From positions 6,186-70,185 of the forward strand of contig JAGVAV010000002.1 in NCBI GenBank assembly GCA_020060105.1: a stretch of DNA of 64,000 nt. Reading direction: 5' to 3'. This document shows positions 18,729-27,477 of the stretch, piece by piece. How positions within the stretch are numbered: the stretch's first letter is position 1; the number at the start of each line of letters is the position of its first letter. The translations under genes were made by a program, and so were the position numbers. The notes beneath the pieces were generated by a model. The model saw only the letters and a program-made list of their open reading frames with translations, searched no databases and had not been told where the DNA came from. The stretch is from Candidatus Woesebacteria bacterium. Its GTDB lineage: Bacteria; Patescibacteriota; Microgenomatia; Woykebacterales; 2-01-FULL-43-14.

Positions 18729-20354
18729 ATGTATGCGGACGTGGTGGTTGAAAACCAAGGCTCCTTAGATAAACCAACGTTTACTTATCGTGTCGCTAAA
18801 AGGCTTGAGAAAACCATTAAAGAAGGCTGCTGTGTAAAAGTTCCTTTTCGAAATAATGTTTTACTCGGTTATGTTACCGAATTATCGAAGATATCTAAAG
18901 ATCAGGAAATAGCAAAGATTAAGGAATTAATCGACCTGGTATATCCGTTTCCCCTTCTTTACCCATATCAACTAAACTTAGCCAAGTGGATATCCTGGTA
19001 TTATTTTGTTCCGTTATCCCGCTCGATAAAACTAATGACCCCACCAATGGTAAAAAAACAGTTAAACCTCGCGCCTAACCCAAATCCTCAGACGAAACAA
19101 ACACTCATCCTAAACCCTAATTTGCAAAAAGCAGAAAAAGTATTTTATCAGTTGCCGGAAAAAGAGACGATATTCCTCAAGAAAGAGACCCCAAAATCGG
19201 AACTTTTTAGAAATTGGCTAACGATCTATGATGGAAAAGCTCGTTACATCGTCGGAGTTAGGTCTGCTGTGTTTGCCCCATTAATAAATTGCCGTAAAAT
19301 TATCGTTCTTGATGAAGAAAGTTCAAGCTATAAAGATGAAAGAAAACCCAATTATCACTCAAAACTAATCGCTGCTAAAATTTCCGAGTTGACTGGGGCT
19401 TCTCTCGAACTAAGGAGTCAGGCTCCGGAAATAGAAACTTTCTATTTTTCTACAAATAAAATAAACTCCGCCAACCCTCTTTCGTATGTACCTTACAGCT
19501 TAAAAATGAAAAATAGCGACCCTCCCAAAACAATTAAAGTAGTGGATTTAAAGTTTACTCCACTCAAGAAAGGCCTTTCGGAAAGTCTAACCCAAGCCGT
19601 AAAGATTACCGTACAATCTAGCGGGAAAGTTTTGTTGTTTTTAAATAAAACCAATTCCGGCGGTAATCTGAACTGCGAAAATTGTGGTTACAAGGAATAT
19701 GTTCAAGCTAAACCAGCGGTTTGCCCTAGATGTACAAGCTTAAAGATTCAGTTTAGAAGTTTAAACGTAAAAACCCTACTAGCAGAAACCGAAAGATTGT
19801 TTCCTCAAGCGCAAGAATCAATTTTAGTCGCGTCTCAAGCCGTCCTACACTCTAATTTGCAAAATAGCTTTGATTTAGTTGGCGTTATTTCGGCAGATAC
19901 CCTTCTTAATCTACCAGGCTATAAATCGAGTGAAAGAACCTTTCAAATTCTTCGTCAAGTAGAAGCTTTGTGCAAACCTAACGGCACCATCTTAATTCAA
20001 ACCTACAACCCAAATAGCAACTCAATAAAAAGTTTTGTCAATAATAATTACGATCAGTTTTATAGAAAAGAGTTAGAAGAAAGAAAAATTCTAAATTATC
20101 CTCCCTTCACAGAATTATTGAAATTAAGCCCAGGAATAAACAACATAAAGAAGTTAGAAACAGACCTGAAAGAATTTGAAAAAATTGCCAATCTTAACCA
20201 AACACAACTATTAAAAATAAATCAGGAAAGCGTTGTTTCAACAAAACCCCAAGTTCTAAAGCCGCAGTTGATACTAAAGGGCCCGCACCTACATAATTTC
20301 TTTCAATCTCAAGTCAAAAACTGGCGTTTTGAGGTTGATCCAGACATCGTTTAG
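18729..20354 (+). CDS. priA: PriA-like primosomal protein lacking helicase ATPase motifs
   Basis: N-terminal 3' DNA-binding domain (VDKPFTYRV...VKVPF), the PriA motif IVGVRSAVFAPL...LDEE, and a CxxC...CxxC zinc region. There is no Walker A (GxxGxGKT), Walker B reads DEES, and the arginine finger is absent. Confidence 0.7.
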   Translation: MYADVVVENQGSLDKPTFTYRVAKRLEKTIKEGCCVKVPFRNNVLLGYVTELSKISKDQEIAKIKELIDLVYPFPLLYPYQLNLAKWISWYYFVPLSRSIKLMTPPMVKKQLNLAPNPNPQTKQTLILNPNLQKAEKVFYQLPEKETIFLKKETPKSELFRNWLTIYDGKARYIVGVRSAVFAPLINCRKIIVLDEESSSYKDERKPNYHSKLIAAKISELTGASLELRSQAPEIETFYFSTNKINSANPLSYVPYSLKMKNSDPPKTIKVVDLKFTPLKKGLSESLTQAVKITVQSSGKVLLFLNKTNSGGNLNCENCGYKEYVQAKPAVCPRCTSLKIQFRSLNVKTLLAETERLFPQAQESILVASQAVLHSNLQNSFDLVGVISADTLLNLPGYKSSERTFQILRQVEALCKPNGTILIQTYNPNSNSIKSFVNNNYDQFYRKELEERKILNYPPFTELLKLSPGINNIKKLETDLKEFEKIANLNQTQLLKINQESVVSTKPQVLKPQLILKGPHLHNFFQSQVKNWRFEVDPDIV

Positions 20355-20398
20355 TTTTTGCTTCCAAAAACTAGCAAAATCAAACGTTAAGTGATAGA

Positions 20399-20941
20399 AT
20401 GTGTTCCAATATGATTTTACCAATCATCACGTATCCAAAACCCGTGCTTAAACAAAAAGCGACACCTATAAGTAAGGTGGACAAAAACGTGAAAGAAACG
20501 GTCAAAAATATGATTGAGACTCTCAAAAGCCGCGAAACTCCTGAGGTTTCAGGAGCAGGATTGGCGGCCCCTCAAGTGGGAGTCTCTAAAAGAGTTTTCA
20601 TAGTTAAGATTAACAAAGATTTTATCCCATTTATAAACCCCGAAGTGAAAGCAATCGGAGGAGAAACCTCAGATTCCTTTGAGGGTTGTTTTTCTGTTCC
20701 CGGTTATTTTGGTACGGTAAAAAGGTTCTCTCAGGTAGAAGTCAAATCTTTAACCTTAGGGGGGAAGACGGCTTATAGAAGATACAGTAACTTTTACGCT
20801 CACGTGATTCAACATGAGATGGACCACATCAATGGCGTACTTTTTATTGACAGGCTCAAAGAACAAGGAGGAAAACTTTTTAAGTATCTTGGGAAAGATC
20901 CAGAGGGAAAAGACAAATTCTTGGAGACATTTTTAAAATGA
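20399..20941 (+). CDS. def: Peptide deformylase
   Basis: GLAAPQVG, EGCFSVPG and HEMDH motifs. The true start may be M5 (MILPI, position 20411). Confidence 0.92.
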   Translation: MCSNMILPIITYPKPVLKQKATPISKVDKNVKETVKNMIETLKSRETPEVSGAGLAAPQVGVSKRVFIVKINKDFIPFINPEVKAIGGETSDSFEGCFSVPGYFGTVKRFSQVEVKSLTLGGKTAYRRYSNFYAHVIQHEMDHINGVLFIDRLKEQGGKLFKYLGKDPEGKDKFLETFLK

Positions 20942-21756
20942 AGATCGCCTTTTTCGGAACGGGAAGCTTTGCTTTGCCAATATTAAAGTGCCTGATAAGT
21001 AATTTTGAAGTTGTTCAAGTTTTCACCGCTCCCGTTGAGACCGACCCAAAAAAAGATTCGTTGCCTGGGAAAGTTAAAGCAGTAGCCCTAGAACACGACA
21101 TCCCGTTAATGGAGTTAAAAACACCCCTAGGGACCGAAGTCGTTGCTCAATTAGTCAACCAAGAAGTGGAGCTGACTGTCTTGGCGTCTTTTGGTCTAAT
21201 CCTACCTAGCCTTATACTAAAAACTCCCGCTTATGGTTCTATTAATGTCCATCCTTCCTTACTCCCTAAATACCGAGGCCCTTCTCCTATTCAGTCTTCA
21301 ATAATGTCAGGAGACAAAGAAACAGGGGTAACCGTCATTCTTATGGAAGAAAAAGTTGATGCTGGTAAAATAATTGCTCAGATTAAAACCAAAATCTCAG
21401 AAAGTGATACTAGCGAATCACTGACTAATAAGTTATCCCAAAACATCTCCAAACACCTTCCAGAAGTCTTATCAGATTGGCTTATTGGTAAAGTTAAACC
21501 AAGAAAACAAGATAATCGAAAAGCAACTTACACAAAGAAACTTCTTAAGAAAAGTGGGTTTATCGATTGGCAAAAACCTCCTGACAATCTAAACCGAAGA
21601 ATTAGAGCTTACTACCCCTGGCCAACCGTCTGGACTCTATATCGAGGAAAGATCTTAAAAATTTTGCCAAATTCAACAGTGCAACTAGAGGGAAAGAGGC
21701 CAATTAGCTTAAAATCGTTTTATCAAGGGCACCCTGATTTTAAGCTATCTTGGTAA
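20938..21756 (+). CDS. fmt: Methionyl-tRNA formyltransferase
   Basis: Formyltransferase N-domain with the SLLPKYRG motif. ATGA overlap with def. Confidence 0.9.
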   Translation: MKIAFFGTGSFALPILKCLISNFEVVQVFTAPVETDPKKDSLPGKVKAVALEHDIPLMELKTPLGTEVVAQLVNQEVELTVLASFGLILPSLILKTPAYGSINVHPSLLPKYRGPSPIQSSIMSGDKETGVTVILMEEKVDAGKIIAQIKTKISESDTSESLTNKLSQNISKHLPEVLSDWLIGKVKPRKQDNRKATYTKKLLKKSGFIDWQKPPDNLNRRIRAYYPWPTVWTLYRGKILKILPNSTVQLEGKRPISLKSFYQGHPDFKLSW

Positions 21757-21918
21757 CTCTCAAACACTTAGTACAAAGCCTTAATCGCCGAACACCACCA
21801 CCTACCAAAACCCTTACTTGATGAAGATTAGGAAAAGACTTTTTATTTGTCCGACGCTTCGAATGACTTACGTTCCGGCCACTCAAAACACCCTTATCGC
21901 AAACATCACAACGATACA
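21740..21918 (-). CDS. rpmB: 50S ribosomal protein L28
   Basis: Minus-strand ORF MYRCDVCDKGVLSGRNVSHSKRRTNKKSFPNLHQ... (59 aa) carries the L28 signature. GGAG Shine-Dalgarno. Not in the ORF track because it is under 60 aa. The 3' end is convergent with fmt. Confidence 0.8.
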
Positions 21919-21986
21919 TAATATCTCCTTATATAACAATAACTATCTTTTTGAATCACACCAACATAGTTGACAGTTATTTAATG

Positions 21987-21995
21987 TGTTATAAT
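21987..21995 (+). promoter_or_regulatory. Extended -10 promoter element (TGTTATAAT) upstream of the M50 peptidase gene
   Basis: TGnTATAAT match about 30 nt upstream of the ATG at 22024. Confidence 0.45.
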
Positions 21996-22023
21996 ATACC
22001 AAGATAAGAGGTTAAATGCAAGT

Positions 22024-22680
22024 ATGTTAGTGGATTTCTTTTCTGGTGACATAAATATAATAACTTTGTTGTCTTGGTTCATCGCGTTAGCCATAGCGGT
22101 TACCGTTCATGAGTTCAGCCACGCCCTAACAGCAGATAAATTAGGTGACCCAACGGCGCGCTACCAAGGAAGAGTAACCTTAAACCCCCTTGCTCATCTG
22201 GACCCTCTTGGAACAGTTATGATCCTCCTTACCAGGTTTGGTTGGGGCAGACCCGTCCCGTTTAATCCGTGGAACCTTAAAAATCCAAAGCAAGATGCGT
22301 TGTTAATCTCGTTAGCAGGCCCCGCGGCAAACTTAATCACCGCCTTTATTCTTTCTTTTCTGCTTAAAATGATACTACTCACATCTTTACTTACATTACC
22401 GCTGGTAGTAAAAAGCATTTTAGTTAGTGTTGTTACCTTAAGCATCGTTTTAAACGTGTTCTTAGCGGTCTTTAACTTAATACCAGTGGCCCCACTAGAC
22501 GGATTCAAAGTTGTTGGGGGTCTTTTACCTAGGGAACTTGCTCAAAAATGGGAGGGTTTAGAAAGGTACGGTCTTGTTTTTCTTATTATCTTAATCATCC
22601 CTCTAGGAGGGACCTCTCTTGCGGGAACAATTATTTCTCCCGTCTTAAACAACATCCTCCAAATTTTAATTGGGGCTTGA
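22024..22680 (+). CDS. M50-family (site-2 protease / SpoIVFB-like) membrane metalloprotease
   Basis: HEFSHAL HExxH motif inside a TM helix, and a polytopic membrane profile. Confidence 0.8.
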   Translation: MLVDFFSGDINIITLLSWFIALAIAVTVHEFSHALTADKLGDPTARYQGRVTLNPLAHLDPLGTVMILLTRFGWGRPVPFNPWNLKNPKQDALLISLAGPAANLITAFILSFLLKMILLTSLLTLPLVVKSILVSVVTLSIVLNVFLAVFNLIPVAPLDGFKVVGGLLPRELAQKWEGLERYGLVFLIILIIPLGGTSLAGTIISPVLNNILQILIGA

Positions 22681-22699
22681 ATTTATTTTCGATTTATGT

Positions 22700-22962
22700 T
22701 ATAAGTTAATTAGTCTTTTGACTAACCCTACCTTGATCGGAAAGGCGAAAGGAAATTTTCTTCCACTGTTGCTGTTTCCTTGGGCTGATCCGGAGTTCTC
22801 TTGTCTTTTGGGATAAGAGACAGGATTCCCACCTATTTTATAGGGAGGAAAGACCAAAGTCCCGACTTGGTGGGGAGGAATAATTTAATCTAATAATCAG
22901 TTACTGGATTAATGCTAGCTTAAAAAAGTACCACGGTTGGTTGCCGTGGTATTTCGTTTTAA
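22700..22962 (+). ncRNA. Candidate structured RNA or long 3' UTR ending in an intrinsic terminator. Identity unknown; weak SRP-RNA-like GGAA motifs.
   Basis: Nested stems (CCCACC...GGTGGG, GGGA...TCCC, TTAATC...GATTAA). A terminator hairpin TACCACGG-TTGGTTG-CCGTGGTA followed by TTTCGTTTT at 22929..22961. Confidence 0.25.
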
Positions 22963-22999
22963 TTTGCAAATTCTGGGCACGGGTTTTTCCTGGATAACC

Positions 23000-23028
23000 T
23001 TGAAATTATATCAATTGAAAGGTATAAT
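23000..23028 (+). promoter_or_regulatory. Strong sigma70-like promoter for the tRNA operon: TTGAAA, 17 nt, TATAAT
   Basis: Near-consensus hexamers with a 17-nt spacer. The -10 element ends about 14 nt before tRNA-Thr. Confidence 0.6.
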
Positions 23029-23042
23029 TACCTATGCTCAGT

Positions 23043-23117
23043 GCCGACGTAGCTCAATGGTAGAGCAAGTGTTTTGTAAACACTAGGCTGGGGGTTCGAT
23101 TCCTCTCGTCGGCTCCA
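23043..23117 (+). tRNA. tRNA-Thr (anticodon TGT), CCA encoded
   Basis: Cloverleaf folded by hand: acceptor GCCGACG/CGTCGGC, anticodon loop TTTGTAA. Confidence 0.85.
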
Positions 23118-23203
23118 GCCGGGATGGTAGAGTGGACAATTACACCAGTCTGTAAAACTGGCGCCTTTAGGCTTCGGAGGTTCGAATCCTTCTCCCGGCA
23201 CCA
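23118..23203 (+). tRNA. tRNA-Tyr (anticodon GTA), class II with long variable arm, CCA encoded
   Basis: Acceptor GCCGGGA/TCCCGGC, anticodon loop CTGTAAA, long variable arm. Confidence 0.85.
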
Positions 23204-23280
23204 GGCTGAAGTAGCTCAGTTGGAAGAGCACGCCCTTGGTAAGGGCGAGGTCACGGGTTCGATCCCCGTCTTCAGCTCCA
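23204..23280 (+). tRNA. tRNA-Thr (anticodon GGT), CCA encoded
   Basis: Acceptor GGCTGAA/TTCAGCT, anticodon loop TTGGTAA. Confidence 0.85.
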
Positions 23281-23305
23281 TAAATTATCTAAAGGAGGAC
23301 TAGTA

Positions 23306-23470
23306 ATGGCAAAAAAAGGCTCGCGAATTATTATTAAGCTTTCATGCTCACAGTGCAAAGAAATTAACTACACAACTGAAAAGTCTAAGAAAAACGACCC
23401 AGAAAAAATAGCCTTAGCAAAGTTCTGCGCCCGTTGTCGAAAAACGACAGAACATAAAGAAATTAAGTAA
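23306..23470 (+). CDS. rpmG: 50S ribosomal protein L33
   Basis: MAKKGSRIIIKLSCSQCKEINYTTEKSKKNDPEKIALAKFCARCRKTTEHKEIK (54 aa) with CxxC...CxxC. AGGAGG Shine-Dalgarno. Canonical position before tRNA-Trp and secE. Confidence 0.88.
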   Translation: MAKKGSRIIIKLSCSQCKEINYTTEKSKKNDPEKIALAKFCARCRKTTEHKEIK

Positions 23471-23480
23471 GGGTTTCTTT

Positions 23481-23554
23481 AGGCCCGTAGTTAAATGGCA
23501 TAACAGAGGTCTCCAAAACCTCTATTGGGGGTTCGAATCCCTCCGGGCCTGCCA
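23481..23554 (+). tRNA. tRNA-Trp (anticodon CCA), CCA encoded
   Basis: Acceptor AGGCCCG/CGGGCCT, anticodon loop CTCCAAA. Confidence 0.85.
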
Positions 23555-23644
23555 TACTTACTGTTAAACACAAAAGTCTAGTTCGCTAACTAACCTTGCC
23601 AGAAACGGCACAAAAGATTAAAATAAACATAAAAGTCCAAATTG

Positions 23645-23673
23645 TTGACAATGCAAAATAGGTAAAGTAAAAT
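23645..23673 (+). promoter_or_regulatory. Sigma70-like promoter for secE-nusG-rplKA: TTGACA, 17 nt, TAAAAT
   Basis: Consensus -35 hexamer, 17-nt spacer, A/T-rich -10. Confidence 0.55.
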
Positions 23674-23760
23674 CAGTCAGTAAAATAGAATTCAATGGTC
23701 AACGCCCAACGAGTCAAGCTAACTTTACATTCACAACAATATTTGTTATGATGTAAACTT

Positions 23761-23955
23761 ATGGAAATTTTGAGTAGACCAATCAGTTTTCTTGAGGAAG
23801 TAAAACAAGAACTAGTAAAAGTAACCTGGCCAAGTAAAAACCAGACCATTAATATGACATTAATTGTTTTGGCAGTTAGTGTTTTGGTCGGAGTTTTTGT
23901 GGGTGGCTTAGATTACGTTTTCACTAAGGTGATGGAAGTCGCCCTAAAGAGGTAA
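23761..23955 (+). CDS. secE: Preprotein translocase subunit SecE
   Basis: 64-aa single-TM protein. Canonical position before nusG. Confidence 0.85.
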   Translation: MEILSRPISFLEEVKQELVKVTWPSKNQTINMTLIVLAVSVLVGVFVGGLDYVFTKVMEVALKR

Positions 23956-23962
23956 ACTAATA

Positions 23963-24541
23963 ATGACTAAGCAAAAAGAAACCGCTAAAGAAAATAGGCC
24001 AAACGAAAACGCAGAGGAAAAGGCAAGATGGTATGTAGTGCATACTTATTCAGGGCACGAAAATAAGGTAGCAACTACTCTCAAGCAGAGAGTGGAATCC
24101 ATGGCATTACAGAATAAAATACTAGATATCTTGGTTCCCACACAAGAAAAAATTGAAATTAAGGAAGGTAAGAAACAAACAATAAAGGAAAAAATCTTTC
24201 CAGGCTACATATTGGTTAAGTTGGTTTTAGACGACGAGAGTTGGCACACTATCAGATCTACTGCGGGAGTAACTAGTTTTGTAGGAATTGGAAATAAACC
24301 GACACCTTTGGCGGAAAAAGAAGTCAATGTGATAATGAAGTTTATGAAAATGGAGGCCCCCAAGTACAAGTCTGCTTTTTCGGTAGGAGAAGCGGTAAAG
24401 ATTACTGACGGACCGTTCGTTGAAATGCTTGGAACAGTGGACGAAATAAATGAGGAAAAAGGTAAAGTAAAAGTGCTTGTTTCAATTTTCGGTCGGGAAA
24501 CCCCAGTAGAATTAGATTTCTTACAGGTAAGTAGAATTTAA
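23963..24541 (+). CDS. nusG: Transcription antitermination factor NusG
   Basis: NGN domain ([14 protein letters not shown]) and a C-terminal KOW domain. Confidence 0.92.
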   Translation: MTKQKETAKENRPNENAEEKARWYVVHTYSGHENKVATTLKQRVESMALQNKILDILVPTQEKIEIKEGKKQTIKEKIFPGYILVKLVLDDESWHTIRSTAGVTSFVGIGNKPTPLAEKEVNVIMKFMKMEAPKYKSAFSVGEAVKITDGPFVEMLGTVDEINEEKGKVKVLVSIFGRETPVELDFLQVSRI

Positions 24542-24612
24542 CAGAGGTCTGTAGCGCTCATTTAAGGAATTGATCGGTTCCTTTCCAATAAAAAGCTACA
24601 CTCAAAAGAAAT

Positions 24613-25038
24613 ATGGCAAAAAAAATTAAAACAGTTATTAAATTAAATGTTCCCGCGGGTGAAGCCACCCCAGCTCCTCCTGTTGGCCCTGCTTTGGGAC
24701 AACATGGACTAAATATCATGGAGTTTGTCAAAACGTATAACGAAAAGACGGCAGATAAAAAAGGAACAATCGTTCCTGTTGTCATTACCGTTTACGAAGA
24801 CAGAACATTTTCGTTTGTAACAAAAACTCCCCCAGCAGCTACCCTTCTAAAAAAGGCTTTGGGAATTCAAACAGCCTCAGGGACGCCGAATAAAAAAAAG
24901 GTTGGTAAGGTTAGCAAGGAACAATTAAAACAAATCGCCGAAGTTAAAATGCAAGATCTAAACGCTAAAGATCCTGAATCCGCGGCCAAAATAATTGCGG
25001 GAACGGCTAGAAGTATGGGCATTGAAGTTGAAAAATAA
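24613..25038 (+). CDS. rplK: 50S ribosomal protein L11
   Basis: [11 protein letters not shown]...[11 protein letters not shown] is the L11 signature. Confidence 0.95.
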   Translation: MAKKIKTVIKLNVPAGEATPAPPVGPALGQHGLNIMEFVKTYNEKTADKKGTIVPVVITVYEDRTFSFVTKTPPAATLLKKALGIQTASGTPNKKKVGKVSKEQLKQIAEVKMQDLNAKDPESAAKIIAGTARSMGIEVEK

Positions 25039-25061
25039 CCTTTATTAGAAGGTAGAAGAAT

Positions 25062-25862
25062 ATGGGAAAGCCAAAGATTAAAGAAATAAATAACAGCCTA
25101 GAAGAAACTAAAGTACAGCCTGAGGTCCTTTCAGAGACAAAGACAATAGATGAGAGGAAAAAGCCTGTCAAAACTAAGCAAGTCGGTAAACGTCTTAAAA
25201 GTCTTTATCACAAAATTGACCGCAGAAAAAAGTACAACTTGGCAGAAGCTCTGGGCCTAGTTAAGGAAACCTCTAACCTTAATTTTGATTCTACAGTTGA
25301 GGTTCACATAAATTTGGCGACGGGCCCAAACCAAAAAAATCAACCGGTAAGAGGAACCGTAGCGCTACCCCACGGTACTGGGAAAAAGGCGCCAAGAATC
25401 CTCGTTTTCGCTAACAATTGCCCAGAAGAACTAAAGAAAGAGAATGTAATAGTTGGGGATGCCAAAGATATTGAAAAGATCCAAAAGGGCTGGCTTGACT
25501 TTGATAAAGTAGTCGCCAGTCCGGAAATGATGTCGCTAATCGGAAAAGTCGCAAAGCAGCTGGGACCAAAAGGGCTAATGCCCAACCCCAAGTCAGGAAC
25601 GGTCACAAGTGATGTGGCCAAAACAGTTAAGGAGATCGTTACCGGCTTAGTGGAATTTAAAAGCGAATCCTCTCCGATCATTCACACTGTAATTGGAAAA
25701 GTCTCCATGGAAAATAATATGTTAACAGAAAACTTCATTGCCTTAATGGAATCTGTTAATAAAGCCAAACCAAACACGATAAAAACCGATTTTATTAAAT
25801 CTGTCTTTCTCTCTGGTACAATGGGACCATCAATAGAGATTGACTTGACAAACAGTGAGTAA
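25062..25862 (+). CDS. rplA: 50S ribosomal protein L1, with an N-terminal extension of about 37 aa
   Basis: The L1 core begins near GKRLKSLY. The preceding lysine-rich region has no counterpart in canonical L1. Confidence 0.9.
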   Translation: MGKPKIKEINNSLEETKVQPEVLSETKTIDERKKPVKTKQVGKRLKSLYHKIDRRKKYNLAEALGLVKETSNLNFDSTVEVHINLATGPNQKNQPVRGTVALPHGTGKKAPRILVFANNCPEELKKENVIVGDAKDIEKIQKGWLDFDKVVASPEMMSLIGKVAKQLGPKGLMPNPKSGTVTSDVAKTVKEIVTGLVEFKSESSPIIHTVIGKVSMENNMLTENFIALMESVNKAKPNTIKTDFIKSVFLSGTMGPSIEIDLTNSE

Positions 25863-25879
25863 ACTAGATATAATGACAA

Positions 25880-26034
25880 CTTAATTGAATATAACCAAAG
25901 ACAGTAGGTGCTTTTGTAATTGCTTAAGCTTAATATTTTCCTACCGAGGTTTTATCCAACGCTTGCAACATGTGAGTACCTCGGGTCTTCCCGAGGTTTT
26001 TCATTTAAATGGCCGTCTTAGGAGGTAACAAAAC
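25880..26034 (+). promoter_or_regulatory. rplJ (L10) leader: structured 5' UTR with an attenuator-like hairpin, the likely L10(L12)4 autoregulatory site
   Basis: A 170-nt gap between rplA and rplJ. Hairpins TACCGAGG...CCTCGGGT and CTCGGG-TCTT-CCCGAG followed by TTTTTC. AGGAGG Shine-Dalgarno. Confidence 0.5.
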
Positions 26035-26553
26035 ATGCCATCACTCAAAAAAGTCGAAGTCGTTAATAGAATTAAAGAAAAATTGGAGAATTCTAAAGTC
26101 GTAATCATGACTGATTATCGTGGTTTAGACGTTAATAAAATTCAGGATCTCAAAAATAAACTAAACGAAACTAAAGCTGATTACCAAGTTACCAAAAATA
26201 CCTTGTTAGAAAGGGCGCTCCACGACTTAAAAGTAGAAGGACTTCCAGAAGAGGCCTTAAAAGGTCCAACAGCCGTTTTATTTGCCTATGGGGATGAAGC
26301 AGCGCCTGTAAAAGTACTAGCCAATTTTGTTAAAAGTACGGATTTACTCAAAATAAAAGCAGGGCTCCTTGGTAAAGAAGTTCTTAGTTCGGATAAAATA
26401 AATGTTTTAGCAAAACTTCCAAATAGAGATGTCTTACTCCAACAAGTTGTCGGGGGAATATCCTCGCCTATTTTCGGCTTAATCAACGCGCTCCAGTGGA
26501 ACCTAAGTAAACTAGTCTTCACACTAAACGCGATTAAACAAAGCAAGAGTTAG
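26035..26553 (+). CDS. rplJ: 50S ribosomal protein L10
   Basis: L10 family sequence. Position before rplL. Confidence 0.92.
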   Translation: MPSLKKVEVVNRIKEKLENSKVVIMTDYRGLDVNKIQDLKNKLNETKADYQVTKNTLLERALHDLKVEGLPEEALKGPTAVLFAYGDEAAPVKVLANFVKSTDLLKIKAGLLGKEVLSSDKINVLAKLPNRDVLLQQVVGGISSPIFGLINALQWNLSKLVFTLNAIKQSKS

Positions 26554-26588
26554 CAATAAGTCAGAAAGTTTGAAAGGTGGTGAATTTT

Positions 26589-26987
26589 ATGGCTGAAAAA
26601 GTTACTAAAGAACAACTTCTCAAAGCAATAGAAGATATGAGCGTTCTTGAATTATCTGAATTAGTTAAAGCATTGGAAGAAAAATTTGGTGTTTCTGCAG
26701 CAGCACCTGTGTCAGTAGTTGCTCCTTCCACCCAAGCTACCCCAGCTGAAACAGCAGAAGCAGCGGAAGAACAAACGACCTTTAATGTTATTTTAGCTAA
26801 TGCTGGAGCTAACAAAATTTCCGTGATTAAAGCAGTTAGAGAAATTGTCCCAACCTTAGGTCTCAAGGAAGCCAAAGATTTAGTTGACACGGCTCCAAAA
26901 CCAGTAATCGAGGGGGTTAATAAACAAACTGCTGAAGAGGCGAAAAAGAAACTTGAAGCAGCAGGGGCTTCAGCAGAACTTAAATAG
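26589..26987 (+). CDS. rplL: 50S ribosomal protein L7/L12
   Basis: N-terminal dimerisation domain, an Ala/Pro hinge, and a C-terminal domain ending KEAKDLVD...[19 protein letters not shown]. The start is taken at MAEK, after the AAAGGTGG Shine-Dalgarno. Confidence 0.93.
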   Translation: MAEKVTKEQLLKAIEDMSVLELSELVKALEEKFGVSAAAPVSVVAPSTQATPAETAEAAEEQTTFNVILANAGANKISVIKAVREIVPTLGLKEAKDLVDTAPKPVIEGVNKQTAEEAKKKLEAAGASAELK

Positions 26988-27060
26988 CTTCTAATATCTC
27001 AAAATACGTCAATACATAACACGACCGTAATAACAGTATGCGTTTTGACGAACCGCTTAA

Positions 27061-27093
27061 CGAAAACCCCAAGTGGGGTTTTCGTTTTTATTC
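27061..27093 (+). terminator. Rho-independent terminator after rplL
   Basis: CGAAAACCCC-AAGT-GGGGTTTTCG followed by TTTTTATT. Confidence 0.8.
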
Positions 27094-27168
27094 TTGAACT
27101 ATTGACAAGTATGATATGTTATGATAGCGTAAATCATATAGAGAGTGACTGCCTGTTTAGGAGGGCTT

Positions 27169-27366
27169 ATGGCAATCGGTGAAGAACTCCCAGAGTTAAT
27201 GACTGTCAAAGAAGTAGCATCATTTTTAAGAGTTTCCCCTCTCACAATCAAACGTTGGGGTAAACGAGGAAAATTACCAGCCATTAGAATTAATGCAAGA
27301 GGTGACAGACGTTACAAGAAAGAAGCGGTACTCTGGCTTCTAGGGGAAATTAAAAAAGAAACGTAA
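27169..27366 (+). CDS. Small excisionase/MerR-type HTH DNA-binding protein (HTH_17 family)
   Basis: LMTVKEVASFLRVSPLTIKRWGKRGKLPAIRI is an excisionase-family HTH. AGGAGG Shine-Dalgarno before the ATG at 27169. Confidence 0.65.
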   Translation: MAIGEELPELMTVKEVASFLRVSPLTIKRWGKRGKLPAIRINARGDRRYKKEAVLWLLGEIKKET

Positions 27367-27477
27367 CCGGTAAAGGTAAAACACTTCAAAATGTTTTGTT
27401 TAAAATTACCCCGATTATATAGTTGCTTAGCCTCAAAAAATCTAGCAGTTGTATCAAATGATTGCTAAAAGTTTCGC

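Noticed and set aside
22700-22962. RNase P RNA or tmRNA in the 360-nt gap before the tRNA cluster
   Set aside because: Universally conserved RNase P blocks (GGAAAGUCCGGGCUCC, AGGGUGAAANGGUG, GUAAGAGCGCACC) and the tmRNA tRNA-like 3' end are absent, and the region is too short for RNase P.
23028-23231. ORFs overlapping tRNA genes (23028..23231 -, 34373..34591 -, 34383..34574 +, 45939..46130 +, 45948..46151 -)
   Set aside because: Each is fully explained by a tRNA cloverleaf on the same or opposite strand, so the coding potential is an artefact.
27145-27366. Excisionase-type HTH gene as a marker of an integrated prophage or integrative element
   Set aside because: No integrase, recombinase, phage structural genes or direct repeats flanking the tRNAs were found in the window. 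HTH_17 proteins also occur as standalone regulators. Kept only as weak support for an accessory region.
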